Source: Octopus sinensis (Eukaryota). Taken from it: a DNA stretch of 64,000 nucleotides. Location of the stretch: NCBI RefSeq assembly GCF_006345805.1, contig NC_042998.1, positions 199,888,001 to 199,952,000 of the forward strand, written 5' to 3'. Each line of letters starts with the position of its first letter. Within the stretch, counting starts at the first letter, position 1. Shown piece after piece: positions 63,457 through 64,000 of this stretch. The position numbers and the translations under genes were made by a program. The notes under the pieces are model-generated. The model was not told the origin of the DNA, did not search any database, and saw nothing but the letters and a program-made list of their open reading frames with translations.

Positions 63457-64000
63457 TCTTTTATATAACCTTTTTGTAAACCACTGTGGATAAATCCCAG
63501 CAATGGCCTTCTGAGACTCTCCAATATTTCAAAATTATAAATAGACACAATATATATCAGAGTGACAAACTAGGAAGGTGGTTGTGAGATGTACTTGACA
63601 CAACACACAAATTTCCCTTAAATATGACACCTTTAGCGTCTGAAATTATTTACATTTTTTTCTTTTTTACCAAAAGGGCTCCTCCCATGGTTTTTAAGTA
63701 TGTAGAAACGTGAAAGTTGGCAAAAATCGGTCTGCAGTTGGGGGATTGTGAAATTGGTGATAAAAAGCCATAAATTTTGGAATTTTATTTTTATAAAATG
63801 GTGCCTCTCATCATTTCAAATGTGTGGTGAAAAACAAATTGGAGAAATCCCCGTCACAAGAGAGAAAGCCAAACTTATGTGGGAATACGCATGCAAAATT
63901 CCGCCTAATTGTCCTCAAGAAGTCCTCCTTATATCCAGGACAGGTTGAGTGATTGATGTTGAAATATTGGTCTTTGCGAATGTTAGATCCATAGAAGCTG

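Overview
Eukaryotic, AT-rich, microsatellite-saturated DNA. The SINE families and the (ATT)n/(TA)n/(CA)n density look like an Octopus (coleoid cephalopod) genome; this is recognition from memory, not a database result. I found no intact host protein-coding gene, rRNA, true tRNA or CRISPR array, and most ORFs in the supplied track are translations of simple repeats. The window is mostly mobile DNA. (1) 1.6-12.2 kb is a pile-up in (ATT/AAT)n tracts: six 3' fragments of R4/Dong-type restriction-like-endonuclease LINEs, a Tx1/L1-like fragment, and four copies of a ~556-nt non-coding element with a fixed 3' end; a fifth copy lies at 44.2 kb. (2) 26.0-34.3 kb is a young Penelope-like retroelement (RT + GIY-YIG, Naiad-like) forming an ~8.3-kb quasi-palindrome with 3.5-kb arms. 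It has three copies of a type I hammerhead ribozyme with an unusually long stem II. (3) Elsewhere are mariner, maT-like, hAT, CR1, RTE (with a 5' inversion), Helitron and tRNA-derived SINE copies, one SINE having a 52-bp target-site duplication. The best candidates for something undescribed are the ribozyme-bearing Penelope palindrome and the AAT-targeted orphan retroposon. Next come a duplicated 165-bp exon-like block and a perfect hairpin with a self-complementary loop. All alignments and counts were made by hand, so coordinates marked approximate may be off by some bases.
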